Position numbers and translations under genes: made by a program
Part shown: in pieces, positions 11,447-25,089 of the stretch
How positions within the stretch are numbered: the first letter of the stretch is position 1
How the letters are laid out: every line of letters begins with the position of its first letter
The notes under the pieces: model-generated
What the model saw: the letters and a program-made list of their open reading frames with translations, nothing else
Databases searched by the model: none
What the model was told of the DNA's origin: nothing
DNA from: Octopus vulgaris
Lineage: Eukaryota
DNA length: 64,000 nt
Direction of reading: 5' to 3'
Assembly (NCBI GenBank): GCA_951406725.2
Contig: OX597821.1
Location: 39,680,001 to 39,744,000, forward strand

Positions 11447-14400
11447 AATCCATTAGCAAAAAATGACAAGTAATTAAAAAAAATTATATTTATTCTAATT
11501 ATTTGTTGATGCCAAGGATAAAATGCTGGAAAGATCAGGTAACAGTATTAGAGAAAACAGTTCATAGCAGTTGTATGGCACATTGATGGTTGACAGATGG
11601 AATTTGATTATAAATAGTTTATATTTCTTTTTTGTATTTCAATAATGATAGTAATAATAATAATGATGATGATGATGATTATAATAATAATGATAATAAC
11701 AACAACAAGTTTCTTTATTTTCTCTCACTTCACATGAAAATTCCAAATGTCATCATTGAACTGTAAATGAAAACTAAATTAGGACATGCAAATAAAATGT
11801 TATCTTGCCACAGAAATAGCGAAGGGGGAGATGAGAGGAGGTGGAGGAGGAGGAGAGGGCACCGAAAGGGAAAATGATTTTATTTTCTTTCTGCACATTT
11901 TCACTGCAACCGTTTCTCTTTCAGTGAATGTCTGTTGCATAAATGACAATGATGAATTAATGGATGAATACTGTATAGAAACAGTCGTCAATAGATCATA
12001 AGTTCAAATTTCTGAAGAAGCTTATGTTGTGTTTGAATAAGGAACAAAAACAGAAAGAAAAAAAATAATCCTCAATTGTTATTTTATTTGCTTCCAAGTT
12101 TCAAGACAGCTACCAGTTGGAACCTTTCAATAGCTACCATTTCTAATTTCTTACATACTCTAGATTTAAATACATTAGGTTTATGGCAAGTGGAGAATAA
12201 GTATTTATATGAAACACTTCACCATGGGTCTTTTTTTCTGTTGCCATGAGTTGGAAAGTTTTTTGAAGGCTGCACTGCCCTTTCTGTATCTAACCAATTT
12301 AATACCTCTTCCAGCGATGGAGTGTACCTATTTTAAAACCAGGATATGCATGGTACTGGTTATAAGATGAGGAAAAAAGATTAATTCTTTATCACATATA
12401 TTTACACTGGTTGCCAAATCATAAACCTCATGAAGCAAAAATTCAAATAGCATTGTTGTTTGAGGATCAAATCCTAAAACTAAGCATTTTTCTTTGGAAA
12501 AACAGAGTCTAGCCTCATTTTATAAAAAATTATGGTATACATTGTTTGTTTGTTTTTTGTATTTTCTAAATTTCTCTGATTTTTTATTGTCTCTATTTTC
12601 AGGCATAATGGCGGTTAATAAGTGATGAGTTAGAATTTGGTGACCTTATTTATTAATGGTTTGTTCATTCATTATTTATTTATTGGGAAAACAAAGCCAA
12701 GTAACTGATATCTTATAAATATATATGACAACACTTACTTGTAAATAATTGTATTCAACCTACATGGGCAGGTGAAAGTGATAAGACAACAGGTAAAACT
12801 TACATTCACTATAAACATCAATGATCGTAATAACTTATTGTGTCAGCAAGTTTCATCCAAATTCCTGCAAAAGCTATATTTTTATGATTTTTAAACTGGA
12901 CAAACTACATTACATCAAAATTTCTGGTATCTAACAGGATTAAGAGATTTATATTGAGAAACTGCTACAGGAATATAAAAGCTAAATTAGATCATTCTTG
13001 AAACTCTCAGAGAACTTAGTTCAAATCATAGTGCATTGCTTGAAACAAAAGGATTCCTGGAACAAAACTGAAGATAACTGACTGAGGGTCAAGAAATATT
13101 GTTTTTAAGATGCCTAAAATTTACAAAATTAGCAATTCTTCTGTAATAAAACTATAAGTATTTTAGTTTCAGTTTGTTGTTTTACAGTAAATTAAATTTA
13201 ATTTATAATTTGTGTGAAACAGATGTGTCCTTTTATTGTTCAAGAATATCATTGGTAGAATTGTTTTGAAAATCTATTTGAATTGTTTACAGAAATGTAA
13301 TTTTTTTTTCAATTAGACATCACTTATGCATGATGTGTGGTTGTAGACATGTCTGATAGCTTGAATGTCATTAAATGAACAACATTTTTACAACTATAGA
13401 AACATAGGATAAATATTTAATTTGAATTTTTTTTTTTGTGAATGATGTAGCTTGAGAGTAATGTTATGTGTTGATGATTGTAAAAAATAGTGAAAGTAGA
13501 AAAAGATTGCTTCTACAAATACTTGCAAAAAATCTGGGGAACAGTGAAGAATGCATAAAACAAGCCGAGATGAGTTTGCATGAAACAAGAAAATATATCC
13601 TACTAGAACACCATAAACCACAATATTCACTGCTTTAAAGTTATAGCAAACTTATACAATTACGATTAATTGTAGTCAAACCAAATGAATCTTTGATGCA
13701 AAAGAAAAAAGAAAATCCCAGAGTTGCAAAACTAACAATATCGTTAACCGAATTGTAATGCATAATAATGATGTCTTCTGGTCTGCTATAATCAATGGAA
13801 TATAAATCACAACAGCCGTAGCTGAACATTGTGCGTAACGCAGGTAAGTTACTTACTGAATTATCTGGATAAAAATAAACAATAAATATAGCACAAACAT
13901 AAATATCAACAACAACAACAATAACTACGTGGTATCATTGAACTTAACAAGAATTTAAATATTCCTGGAAAACCAACAATACCAATACCACATCTTCTAA
14001 CAAAATCTATAAACACATTGTTTAATCAATGCTCAAACGAAGCAACACCTTTGAAGCTAAAGTGAATTGTGAATGGAAAGCAAACCTATATATGTTTTGG
14101 TCTTAAAAATCTCAAGATCAGAAGACTTCTGATAAAGCTGTTGGAAATGTTCAACCCATCCTAAGAAATACTTTCCAGAACATTTAAATAATAAAGAAAA
14201 AAAAACATAAAACTATAAAAGAACAGTATTGATTTTACCCCCTTTCCTTTCTCCACATTCAGCAACATCTGAAGATATTGCAGAAAGCAAAATGATGCTT
14301 AGAAAAGATTAAAATATTCCAGCAACAAGGTGGTCATTTGAAAAACAAGTTTGGTCTCAGTTAACAGGTATTGAAATAAAATGGCCAATAGTAAATAAAA

Positions 14401-16444
14401 ATGAAAATAAAAGAAAAACATATATAAAAAAAAATATTTCCCATTTTGAAGTTGTATTTGGTTGTGGCTGAGACATGGAAAGTAACTTCTAATGTAATCT
14501 AGCTGCAAATAGGTCAATAGAAGTGATCACCCTTTATTAGATATCTCTGATCATGAAAGATCAAATAATTCTATTGATTGTCTTTCATCAAATGGATTAA
14601 CTAAGAAAAGAACAGACTAATGAGGCAGCAATCTGTGGGGTTGCTCAACCTGCTAGAATTAACAGGCAAATCTCCTTCGAATAACACTATCACCTTAAAA
14701 CAAGAAGAAAACTTTGAATGATGTGGTCCTAGGTAAAAACTGTCTGAATAAATTACTGGTATTGTATGGAATAAGTCCAGAATGAAGCTATTATTAGCCA
14801 CTATATCTGGCAGAAATAAGAACCAAATTTCCAACAAATCACATATTATTATTTTCAAGTAGGAAGTACACTGTAAGATACATGAATAAAAGGCAAGGTG
14901 GTTACTTTTGGAGTGCCTTTGATTATATAATCAGGGCTAAAAAAACAACAATTAAGACAGATTTAGAAAGGAAAGTAACTCTGAATACTTCTAGTTTCCA
15001 CATGGGGCTCACTCTACATGTGGCTCACTGAGTTGTTAATAGTTGAAGATCAGTATCTGATATTTATGTAATAATGAATGTTTGTACTTTAATAAGTCAT
15101 TGAAGTCATAAATATCTCAGTCTTGCTGTAAATAGGTACCATGTGATGTCATTGCTCAACATGGGAGCCAGTAAGGAAATAAATCTGAGCAGTTGATTGT
15201 TGATATTGTTGTTTAACCATGAGTAAGACCTTCTAAAACAGATTTCTAATCAAAGATATTTCCTTCATGACTATTTGGGCATTTTTTTAGGGGGTACATT
15301 TAATAACACTTCTTACTGACAGGAAGATGTAATTTGAGAGTGTTTTGGCTATTGTTTCCAGCAGATCAGTATGCCTTGTAGTGATTTCTTTTGTCAGTGT
15401 CTATCGGTGGGTTCTAAGAAAGGAGATAGCTGTCAAAAGAAGTACCATCAAAGACTGTCTCCTACACGCCTTCAACCTCCACCCCCAATGAAACAATAAC
15501 TTCACATCCACTTTGTAAGTTATGAAAACCATCACTGAGTCTTTTATAATATTTTGTCTGCAAAAATTGATGCTGAAAATGAATAAATTTAATTACATTG
15601 GAGGACAATAGTGACTGCAGCTTTGATTTATTAGATGTAGCACTGTTGAAAATAAATTCATTTTGGTCTTTGTGAAAATATGTCCAGAGTAGAAGCCATA
15701 ATTGTCAACTTTTTATGCAATGGTCAACTTCTTATATTTTTTTCCCCCTATCACACCATTCTTTGGATAAATTCTATTCCAAATGAAGTTTGTATCGTGT
15801 CTGTGGCACCACTTAGAAAATTATAATGTCCTTATGAGGGAGAACTAACCACTTGTTGTTTGGTTCTCCTACTTATGTTGGCACAAACTTTGATTAAAAC
15901 TAATAAGATTTCCACAGAGTCAGTGAGTGAGCAGATAAAGAGACACATGAGTATAAAAATTCCCCCCTAAACAGTTGGATATTATTTCTGAAGAAAATAA
16001 ACCCAATAAAGGAGAGTTGGGAAATGTGTCAAATTGTAACAAACTGTCTCAACTAAATTTTATGGTTCTTAAAAGATTTACAGTAAATAACAACAACTGA
16101 GGGTTTCCCTTCTACATTATTGTTGGAGTAACATCCACAAAAGGAACTGATTTTGTATAAACCCAAACTTTTCCTCACAAACGTAATTAAATCAAATTCA
16201 GTTGTGTGTGTGTGCGTGAATGTGTATGTTTGTGTGTGTGCGTGCATGTGTATGTTTGTGTTGTGTTATATTGGCAGTAAGTCATAAAGATGTCACTTGA
16301 AATGCTTTACAATCTTCACTTCAGTTCTCCAGGTTCTGTGTTCCAATCCTAGCAAAGTCAACTTTGTCTTTAACAAAATTAACAACACTAATTACGACAT
16401 TATCAAATTAATGCAATATATCACCATCACCATCATCATTATCA

Positions 16445-16582
16445 TACTCAACTGGCATTTATTTTACTGATCCAGGAAATGGGGGAAAGGCAAAGATAAC
16501 CTTGGTAGTATTTGAACTCAGAATGTAAAAATGGATAAAATATTAGAAAGCATTTTGCTCAGCATGCTAACCATTCTGCCTT
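16445..16582 (-). mobile_element. SINE family A fragment
   Basis: caactggcatttatttt...aaaggcaaag...tttgaactcagaatgtaaa...gcatgctaaccattctgcc. Confidence 0.7.
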
Positions 16583-16784
16583 CAACTTTCTGCCTTCAAC
16601 AGTATTTATAATAATAAACTCAGTAAACATCTCAAACGATGCTATGTAACACTCAAATATCTCCCTAAACATTGAGATGAACAGCTGTAGAGCTCCATTG
16701 CATCATGCTTTGGAATAAACTTCCAGTGTTTCTTCTTCAAGACAAAAAGATTTTTTACGATCTGTCTCTTATTGCTCATGTGTA

Positions 16785-16816
<32 letters not shown>

Positions 16817-16858
16817 CAGTGAATATATATATATATATACAGTGTATATATATATATA

Positions 16859-17204
16859 GTGAAGGCGCATGGCTCAGTGGTTAGAGTGTCGAGCTTACGA
16901 TCGTGAGGTTGTGAGCTCGAATCCCGGACCGGGCTGCGTGTTGTGTTCTTGAGCAAGACACTTTATTTCACGTTGCTCCAGTTCACTCAGCTGTAGAAAT
17001 GAGTTGCGACGTCACAGGTGCCAAGCTGTATCGACCTTTGTCTTTCCCTTGGATAACACTGGTGGCGTGGAGAGGGGAGGCCGGTATGCATGGGCGACTA
17101 CTGGTCTTCCATAAAACAACCTTGCCCAGACTTGTGCCTCAGAGGGTAACTCTCTAGGTGCAAACCCATGGTCACTCATGACCGAAGGGGGTCTTTACCC
17201 TTTT
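16859..17204 (+). mobile_element. Young, apparently full-length tRNA-derived SINE (family D)
   Basis: A box tggctcagtgg, B box gagctcgaatccc, CORE-like ttgagcaagacacttta. It is CpG-rich and embedded in (TA)n on both sides. Confidence 0.9.
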
Positions 17205-18102
17205 ATATATATATATATATATATGTGGCTGAAGATTGCTCTACATTTTAAAACTGATGTAGTACATTGTTTGATAAAATGAGGTAGCATGAAACAACTG
17301 TACTATATTACCTTGGATATCCTTGTTGCTTATTTTGATTATAATCACCCCATTTGATTTATATGGATAATACCATACCAAATTCTGGTGCCTTTAAATT
17401 AAGTACCATATTCATCTGAATCTAAATTTTTCTGAACTTTTATATATATATATAAAAATGTAAGATCCAGGGATTGAGGTGCAGGAAGAAAGTTAGCTTC
17501 AAGCAATCCATAGTGAATGTAAAAAAACAACTTTCAGGAACAATGGTGGTTGATTGAGATGGAAGGTTGCGGATTATTTTTCTTTATCAAAGAATGATGA
17601 GCAGAAAAAAGTTCTTTTTATATTTCATGGTAGGTGACCAGGGTTGCTGAGTGTGCAAGAAAGAACACAAGAGTTGCGGAATGGAGTAGGAAAAATCTGG
17701 TCTGCATATGTTTCATAACAAGTGGAACCTCGGAAGTGATAAAATCCAAGTGAGGTGTATACTACTGGATACTCTTGAAGCCAAGGATATCTTGATTAGA
17801 TTAAAGGCTACATCACTGCAAGGTGGTACATGTTGACAGAAAGAGGATTTAATCAGAACATATATATTTCTTTAGCTGACAGTTAATGTTGTTCCTTGGG
17901 TTTCTTGTTTACATAATCATTCATCATATTGGCATCTAAATAATGATGTAAATATAAAATGAAGCTGTAATTTTAGCTTCAGCAGAATAATTCTAGTTAC
18001 ACTCTGTGGTAAAAGAATGCAAGCTTCCTTTTCATTGATCAATGAAAGCATGTGTGTATTTATGCATGCATGTATTTATGCATGCGTTTATCTCTTGTTG
18101 AT

Positions 18103-18134
<32 letters not shown>

Positions 18135-18580
18135 TTAATGTCTGCTGTCCATGGTGGCATAGGTTGGATGGTTTGACCAGAGCTGGCAAACTGGAGAGCT
18201 GCACTAGGCTCCAGTCTGATTTGGCATGGTTTCTATGGCTGGATGCCCTTCTTAACGCCAACGATTTTACAGAATGCGCTTGGTGCTTATACGTGGCACC
18301 GCACGAGTGCTTTTTAAGTGGTACTGCCACAAGTGTTTTACACCACCAGCAGGATCGGACTTAACACTTCTGATGCTGAGTACGGGTCTTTCTGAGTACA
18401 GCCAGGTGGCAGGTATCTCGGTCATTTGTCATTTCACCTGAAAGGTTCAGTTTCCTGAGGTTGTTCTTCAGTTCTTCATCCCTTGACTTTCTAGGTCTTC
18501 CCACTTCCATGTGTTCCATCCACTTTAAGAGATTGGCACTTTTTTATGGAGCTGTCCGTATCCATCTGCATCACATGAAC
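18103..18580 (-). mobile_element. RTE-clade LINE 3' end (family C)
   Basis: Minus strand reads HVMQMDTDSSIKKCQSLKVDGTHGSG, then the family-C tail (ggcgttaagaagggcatccagc) and a (GAT)n end. Confidence 0.85.

Positions 18581-18582
<2 letters not shown>

Positions 18583-18664
<82 letters not shown>
18583..18664. repeat. Pure (TG)n microsatellite, about 40 units
   Basis: Directly visible. Confidence 0.97.
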
Positions 18665-18666
<2 letters not shown>

Positions 18667-19269
18667 CAACAAGAGAACTCCTAAATGGGATATTTAGGAA
18701 TGAAGTCCCTGAATATATACTGAGATGTGATGACTCTCTTGTCACAGTTGCCATAAAAATGTGCAATGATCCAGTGACTGGTCTATTGAAAAACTCTAAG
18801 TATGCTATTTTTTTCACAGATTGTGATATCTAAATATAAAAAGTACGTGTGATTCTTTGACCACGATCACCATTATCTTCTGAAGTCATCTTTGACTGAA
18901 GCTTGATAGCATCATTGTTATCAATTGTATTATTCTTCTGTCATCATCAGTGGCTCTATTTTCCTAGTGATCAGTAGATTACTCTACGTAGCGTCACTGA
19001 CAGCCATTTAGTGAGAGTGGTGTCAAGTATCATATTCTTTCATCAATAAATAGCACGATAATGTCTAAGTAGTTTCTCTTTCTATTTTGTTAGATATTTG
19101 TGAGATGCTTCATGTAATAATGTAAATAAATGCAAGCAGTTATCTTTATGAAAAACACTCTGTGTCTAAACACATTTACTCCGCTCTTATTGTTTATTGC
19201 ACTGAGTTTTTGTTTTTTTCTATACTTGCATATGTTGTTCTTTCCTTCTCTCTCTCTCTCTCTCTAAGT

Positions 19270-19271
19270 AT

Positions 19272-19360
<89 letters not shown>

Positions 19361-19466
19361 TATAATATACATGCAAACACATATATATATATATATGGAT
19401 ATACATATATTTATATACGCGCACACACACACACATATATATATGGATATACATATATGTATACAA

Positions 19467-19500
<34 letters not shown>

Positions 19501-19700
19501 GGATATACATATATGTATACACACACACACATGCACACACATATATATATGGATATACATATATGTATACAAACACACACACACATATATATATGGATAT
19601 ACATATATGTATACAAATACACACATACACATATATATATATGGATACACATATATGTATACACACATATATGCATGCATGCATGCATATACATATCTAT
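19270..19700. repeat. Microsatellite-derived ~40-bp minisatellite
   Basis: Unit atatatatggatatacatatatgtatacaaacacacacac recurs about 6 times after a (TA)n tract. Confidence 0.9.
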
Positions 19701-20379
19701 GTGTTTGTGTATCCATTATTAACAAGCATTGATGTATATCATATACTTTCTGTTTGCTTGCTTTTTGCCTTTCCTTTATCATGTTTATAATATGATATTC
19801 TAAATAAACACAGCACAGTGTTCTGTGATGCTGCACTCATAATAAATATAATAAATGTTGTACCTCACAAATTACACAACACTGACATAATGTTATATAA
19901 CACAGGTAATATAATGGCAAAGATATCAAACTTCACTTGTAGCACAGATGTTTTTAAGGTGTGAATTTCACATAATTACATTTAACTTGCTTGTAATGAA
20001 ACTGTGTGTCTCTTTAAGAAATTATATTGATATTAATATATTACCTTATCATCTTGATTACACTATCAAGAATGGCATGGAATTCAATGCAGTGAACAGT
20101 CATTCTGTAAAAATCTAGCAGTAAGCTCTATGTAACAGTGATGCCAAACTCTCTATAAGACAAATGGTCTGTACTTTTACATGCACACTCAACTAATGTG
20201 TAATGTGGGGTGGACTTAGCACTCGGCCATATATTGATTGTAGAACCAATATAAAGCTTGAATAATTCTTTCCATAGCAGCAACACTTGTCTCTTGTGAA
20301 AATGACAAACAAATATTTGTTATGAAACATGCGCCCCATTCTCTATAAGACTTGTGTGGTATGAAGCAAATGTCACCAT

Positions 20380-20680
20380 TTCATGCCTGCTTTTCCATGC
20401 TTTCATGAGTTGGACTGGTTTATTCCATCACAAAATCTTACCATTTGTTGTGTTCCCTTAGCATCTCCTTTGCTAGGTTCACCTTCCTGAAATCAGCTTT
20501 TACTACTTCTGTCCATGGATTCCTCAGTCTTTCACCATTTCCTTTTACTTAGATCTCCTGGTGCTTCATTGCTCTTCTCTCATCCATCCAATAGGCACCA
20601 TATGTCCATACCAGTGCTGTCATCTCTCTTACTACCTCTCATTCCTCTTATGGCAAATTTAGTTCTCACCTCAGCATTTA
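20380..20680 (-). mobile_element. Highly degenerate RTE 3' remnant
   Basis: gcttttccatgctttcatgagttggac (family-C tail) and catccatccaataggcaccatatgtccataccag (reverse of WYGH..MD). Confidence 0.5.
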
Positions 20681-21026
20681 ATGTAAATTTAATCTAAATT
20701 TAAAAGCAAAATTTAAGTTTGTAGAACCCTAACCCCATGGTGGAGTTTAGAGATGGAGGTCTCCACTCCAAGCCATGGACCAGGCTACAAACTGAAGATT
20801 TTAAAATTCAGTGACTAAGATCTCAGCCTTTGTAGTTAGAACTTTTCTGTTCAGGTAAGCATAGACACATCCTTAGATACAAGATGAATACAAATAAAAA
20901 AAAAACAAAAAAAAAGTAATCATAAATAGAATGATTCAGATATACCTTTAGCCTTTAAATGCTATGTAATATTTTTTATTTTTATTTCATTGTAACTGTT
21001 TATAATTGCTATCTATTTATGCATGA

Positions 21027-21417
21027 AATTCTGCTGAGGTTGACTTTGCCTTTCAAACTTTCAGGGTCAATAAATTAAGAACTAGTTGCATAATGGGGTC
21101 GATCTAATCGACTGGCCCCTTCCCCAAAAATTTCGAGCCTTGAGTAGAAAAGAATATCTATTTATGCATAATTCAACATATATCGCAAGAACAGAAGTAA
21201 TATTATATATTCATTTCAAATTTTGGCACAAGGCCAGCAATTTTGGAGGAGGCTGTAAGGCAATTACATTGACCCCAGTATTCAACTGGTGCTTATTTTA
21301 TCGACCCTGAAAAGATGAAAGGCAAACTTGACCTTGGTAGAATTTGAACTCAGAACATAAAGCCAGATACAATGCTGCCAAGCAGTTTGCCTGGTGTATT
21401 TATGATTCTGCCAGATC
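21027..21417. mobile_element. Two family-A SINEs, tail-to-tail (21027-21155 +, 21213-21417 -)
   Basis: aattctgctgaggttgactttgcctttc... followed by its reverse complement ...gaaaggcaaacttgaccttggtagaatttgaactcagaac. Confidence 0.85.
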
Positions 21418-22015
21418 AGTGTCCTAAAGAAAGATGAACTATAACAAAACCCCACTTTGGACACGATACTAGTGTAAACATATTCTTTCTCTGTTAGTGA
21501 AATGCAGGACTTCCAATATTTTTTGATCAGATGTTGTATATATATTTTCTTATGTACATATATGTGTATAAATCTGTATGTATCTTATATTGCTCTATTG
21601 CTTGTAGCTGTCAGCAGCTTTCCATTCGACTAGTATATTTTTCTCCTCCAAATTTAGTTATCACTATCACAATCAAAAGAGTAGTACCATTGAATTTAAA
21701 GTTCTTTGACTTTAAATGTACTGAAACGATACTGATTTACATTTCCATGGCTGATGAGAGGATTTTCACGTTTATTTGTTCTGTTTGTAAATCATTTCCA
21801 TGTTATATCTTGATCATCGCTGTGTATATGTGTGTATTTCACATAGATAGTAGCTATAGCCCCAACTAATTTGAAATTATTTGTGGAGCACATTCAGTGT
21901 TTACACTAGATGAATTAAGATATGCCTCGGATGGGTCATGTGAGTATAGCTTCAGCACACACATTGTATATTTCAGCTAAGAAGATATACATCTTAATAT
22001 TTGCTTCAAATTGCA

Positions 22016-22333
22016 GGTGATGATCTGGCAGAATCGTTAGCATTCTGGGTAAAATGCTTAGCACCATTTCGTCCATCTTTACATTCTGAGTCTGCTAAGG
22101 TGGACTTTACCTTTCATGGTTGATAAAGTAAGTACCAGTTGAATACAGGGGTTGAAGTAATTGACCCGACCCCTACCCCAAAATTGCTGGTTTTATGCCA
22201 AAATTTAAAGTCAATATTAGCTTCAAATTTTTGGCACAAGGTCAGCAATTTTAAGGGGAGGGGGTTAAGCCAATGTCATTGACCCCAGAATTCAACTGGT
22301 ACTTACTTTATCAACCATGAAAAATGAAAGGCA
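22016..22333. mobile_element. Two family-A SINEs, tail-to-tail (22016-22217 +, 22222-22333 -)
   Basis: ggtgatgatctggcagaatcgttagc...gccaaaattt, then aaatttttggcacaagg...aaaatgaaaggc. Confidence 0.85.
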
Positions 22334-24165
22334 GAAAGATATATCTTAATATTAAAACAGGAAAATATGCTGACATATGCAATTAAATGTCATGATGTTT
22401 CTGAAGATATCTCAGTAAATTGTCTGCAAAAACAATAAACTGTGTGATGTGAGATCTTTTTTTTCAGTCAACAATAATATAAATAAAAATATTATCAGCT
22501 ACTGCAATAAAAAATAAATTATTTAAATCAGAAATCAAACTTGCCTGACATAACATAACCATTTATTTTTTCCCCAGTTTCAACAAATACCTTTGGAACT
22601 GTCAATAACACACAAAGAGTACAGAATAATTTTGAATAATCTGAAAGAGTATATAACACAACAGCAGCACTGTTCTCATTATTGGTCATTTACTTGAATA
22701 ACCCTCTGAATCTTTTTACTCTGTTTATTTAGAGAAAATTTATTCCACTTTAAAGAGATGCTGGTAATAATACTAGAACTTTGTTTAAAACCATTCTGAT
22801 AACGCTTCAATTTGAGGAAGTTTGGCAAAATCGAATAAAACAAGAAGGATGTTTAAAATAAAACTTTAACATTGCCAAGTTTCAATTGAGGGAATGACCC
22901 AACTAAAACTGATACAATCAACATCCAATTAAGGTAGGAAAACACACTTTCTTGCTCTTCGATTTCAATAAAAATGAGAGACAAAAAATGGAAAATTACA
23001 AGGGAGAAGCGAAAAGAGAGAGAGAAAAAAAAGCAGAAGTATATTCCTCTATTTCATTGGAAAACATTTCTTCCAACACTGTTCTGCTTTTGGTGTAAAT
23101 TTCACTGCTTCTAGAGGCATCCATTGAATAAATAGAAGCAAAATGTCCATAACAGAGGAAATAATGGAACTTTAATCAGTGTGATGTATGTGATGAATGA
23201 ACGTGACTTTACTGGGATTTTCTGTACAAATACTGTAAATCATCAAAAGCTGTTTTATTTGTATTTGGGGGAAATCAGTGAGAGAAAAAAAAGCAATTTG
23301 GCTGGAATGGTAACCTTCCTGGTATATGTATTAAACCAGTAATCCAAAGACAGTGTAAGTATTTGAACTGCTAACATGTAAAGTAGAAATCAAACCAATA
23401 TGATGCTGATAAGATGTGAAATGTCTGAACACAATATTCCAGGGTGATATCTGGAATTGTAGAACTTTGGTGAAATTATCTTATATTGTTGGAAATACAA
23501 TAAGCTATTGAACATGACCAAGTAGAAATTGAATTACTAGTTCTTCGTAAAGAGTTGTCAACATATGAAAGGCTGAAGCACTTGCTTGAGCAAGGTTCTT
23601 CTCTGAAGACTGTCTGCCTTTCAACTCTCTTGAGAAATTTTTACCTCTGAATAAGAAGAAATAGAATCACTAGTTGAGAGTGATGAGTTGTGGAGATATG
23701 AAAGGCCTAATCTCAATATTCCAAAGTGATGTTTGGGATTATTTTTTAAAATCCCAATAATTTATAAAACATGACCAAGTAGATAAATTGTTAAATATTG
23801 TGTGATGGTTTTGGATTAATGAGGAAAGTAATGTGGATGGTAGAGACGAGTAGTGTCACATCAAAAGCTGATTAGTAAAGAAGTGATAATGAGGGAAGCA
23901 TGATAATGTAATTAGTGTAATGGATGATGAGATAGAGAAGCAAAAGTATCTAACAAGGAGTTTAATTAAATTAACATCTGAATTCCAATTAAAATAATTA
24001 TATAGATGTAAGACAAGGTAATTGACTATCAAGTATCAGGTTAGCATTTCATTAGAAGTAAAAACTGAAGAAATGAATCTTCGGCTTTTATGCACAATTT
24101 CACAATGTATTTAATGGCTTCCTCCTTTGTGATTACTTTAACCCTAGAAGTTTGAAAATATGGCC

Positions 24166-24242
24166 TATACATACATGCATACATACATACATATATACAT
24201 ACATACATACATACTTACATACATACATACATACTTACATAC

Positions 24243-24276
<34 letters not shown>

Positions 24277-24288
24277 CACACACATATA
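24166..24288. repeat. (TACA)n/(TA)n microsatellite
   Basis: Directly visible. Confidence 0.95.
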
Positions 24289-24584
24289 AATGTTCAAAAT
24301 GATGTTGCATGGACACTTATTGTTTTTCTCCTTTGGTAACAGACAACTGAAAACACAAATAAAACTACATACACTCACATTCACATATGTGTGTGTGTGT
24401 GTATGTATATATATATATATATATATACAGACACATAAGCTTGACTGTGATTACAAAGTTCACTTTGGAACCAACCAATTAGTCGTTTAGTCCGAATGCA
24501 TGGATAGTGTTGGCTGTCCAGTAATGCAGCCACAATTTGACCAACACCTCATGAAACTAAAAGTTGAACTGATAACAGTAATGA

Positions 24585-24631
<47 letters not shown>

Positions 24632-25089
24632 CACGTGTGTGTGTGTAATATGGTGTTCACAGACATTAAAGTATTCAATATACATACTATTTTCTTTATG
24701 AAAAAGTCAACAGTGGAAGAGCTACATCTCAACATATGTATACACACACACAAGTATAAAGATATGAGCTATTAACATTTTCTTGTTTGGAGATGATGAT
24801 CTAGGGAAATTATTATAGCATGCTTTGTGTCTCCAAGCAATCTCCAAGCCCTGAGCCTATGGTCTGTTATATTTTGAAATCAGGATGCTGGTACAAAAGA
24901 AATCCTGATAAAAAAATGAAAAAATGGAGGCAAAATGTGGAAAGGTGAATAAAAATGGAAAAAAAAAGAAAAACTTTTTATGACCCTTTTTTACAGTAAA
25001 GCCACAATTAAGCTAGTTGTCGCCAAAGAATTCAATGGAAAGGAGTCAAAAGTAAGTGAGACAGCTACTCAATTTGAGTTGATGTCCTT

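Noticed and set aside
11234-11473. Poly-Leu ORF resembling a signal or membrane peptide
   Set aside because: Translation of a (TTA)n microsatellite
16861-16935. tRNA gene
   Set aside because: A and B boxes are present, but there is no proper cloverleaf or terminator and it continues into a SINE body
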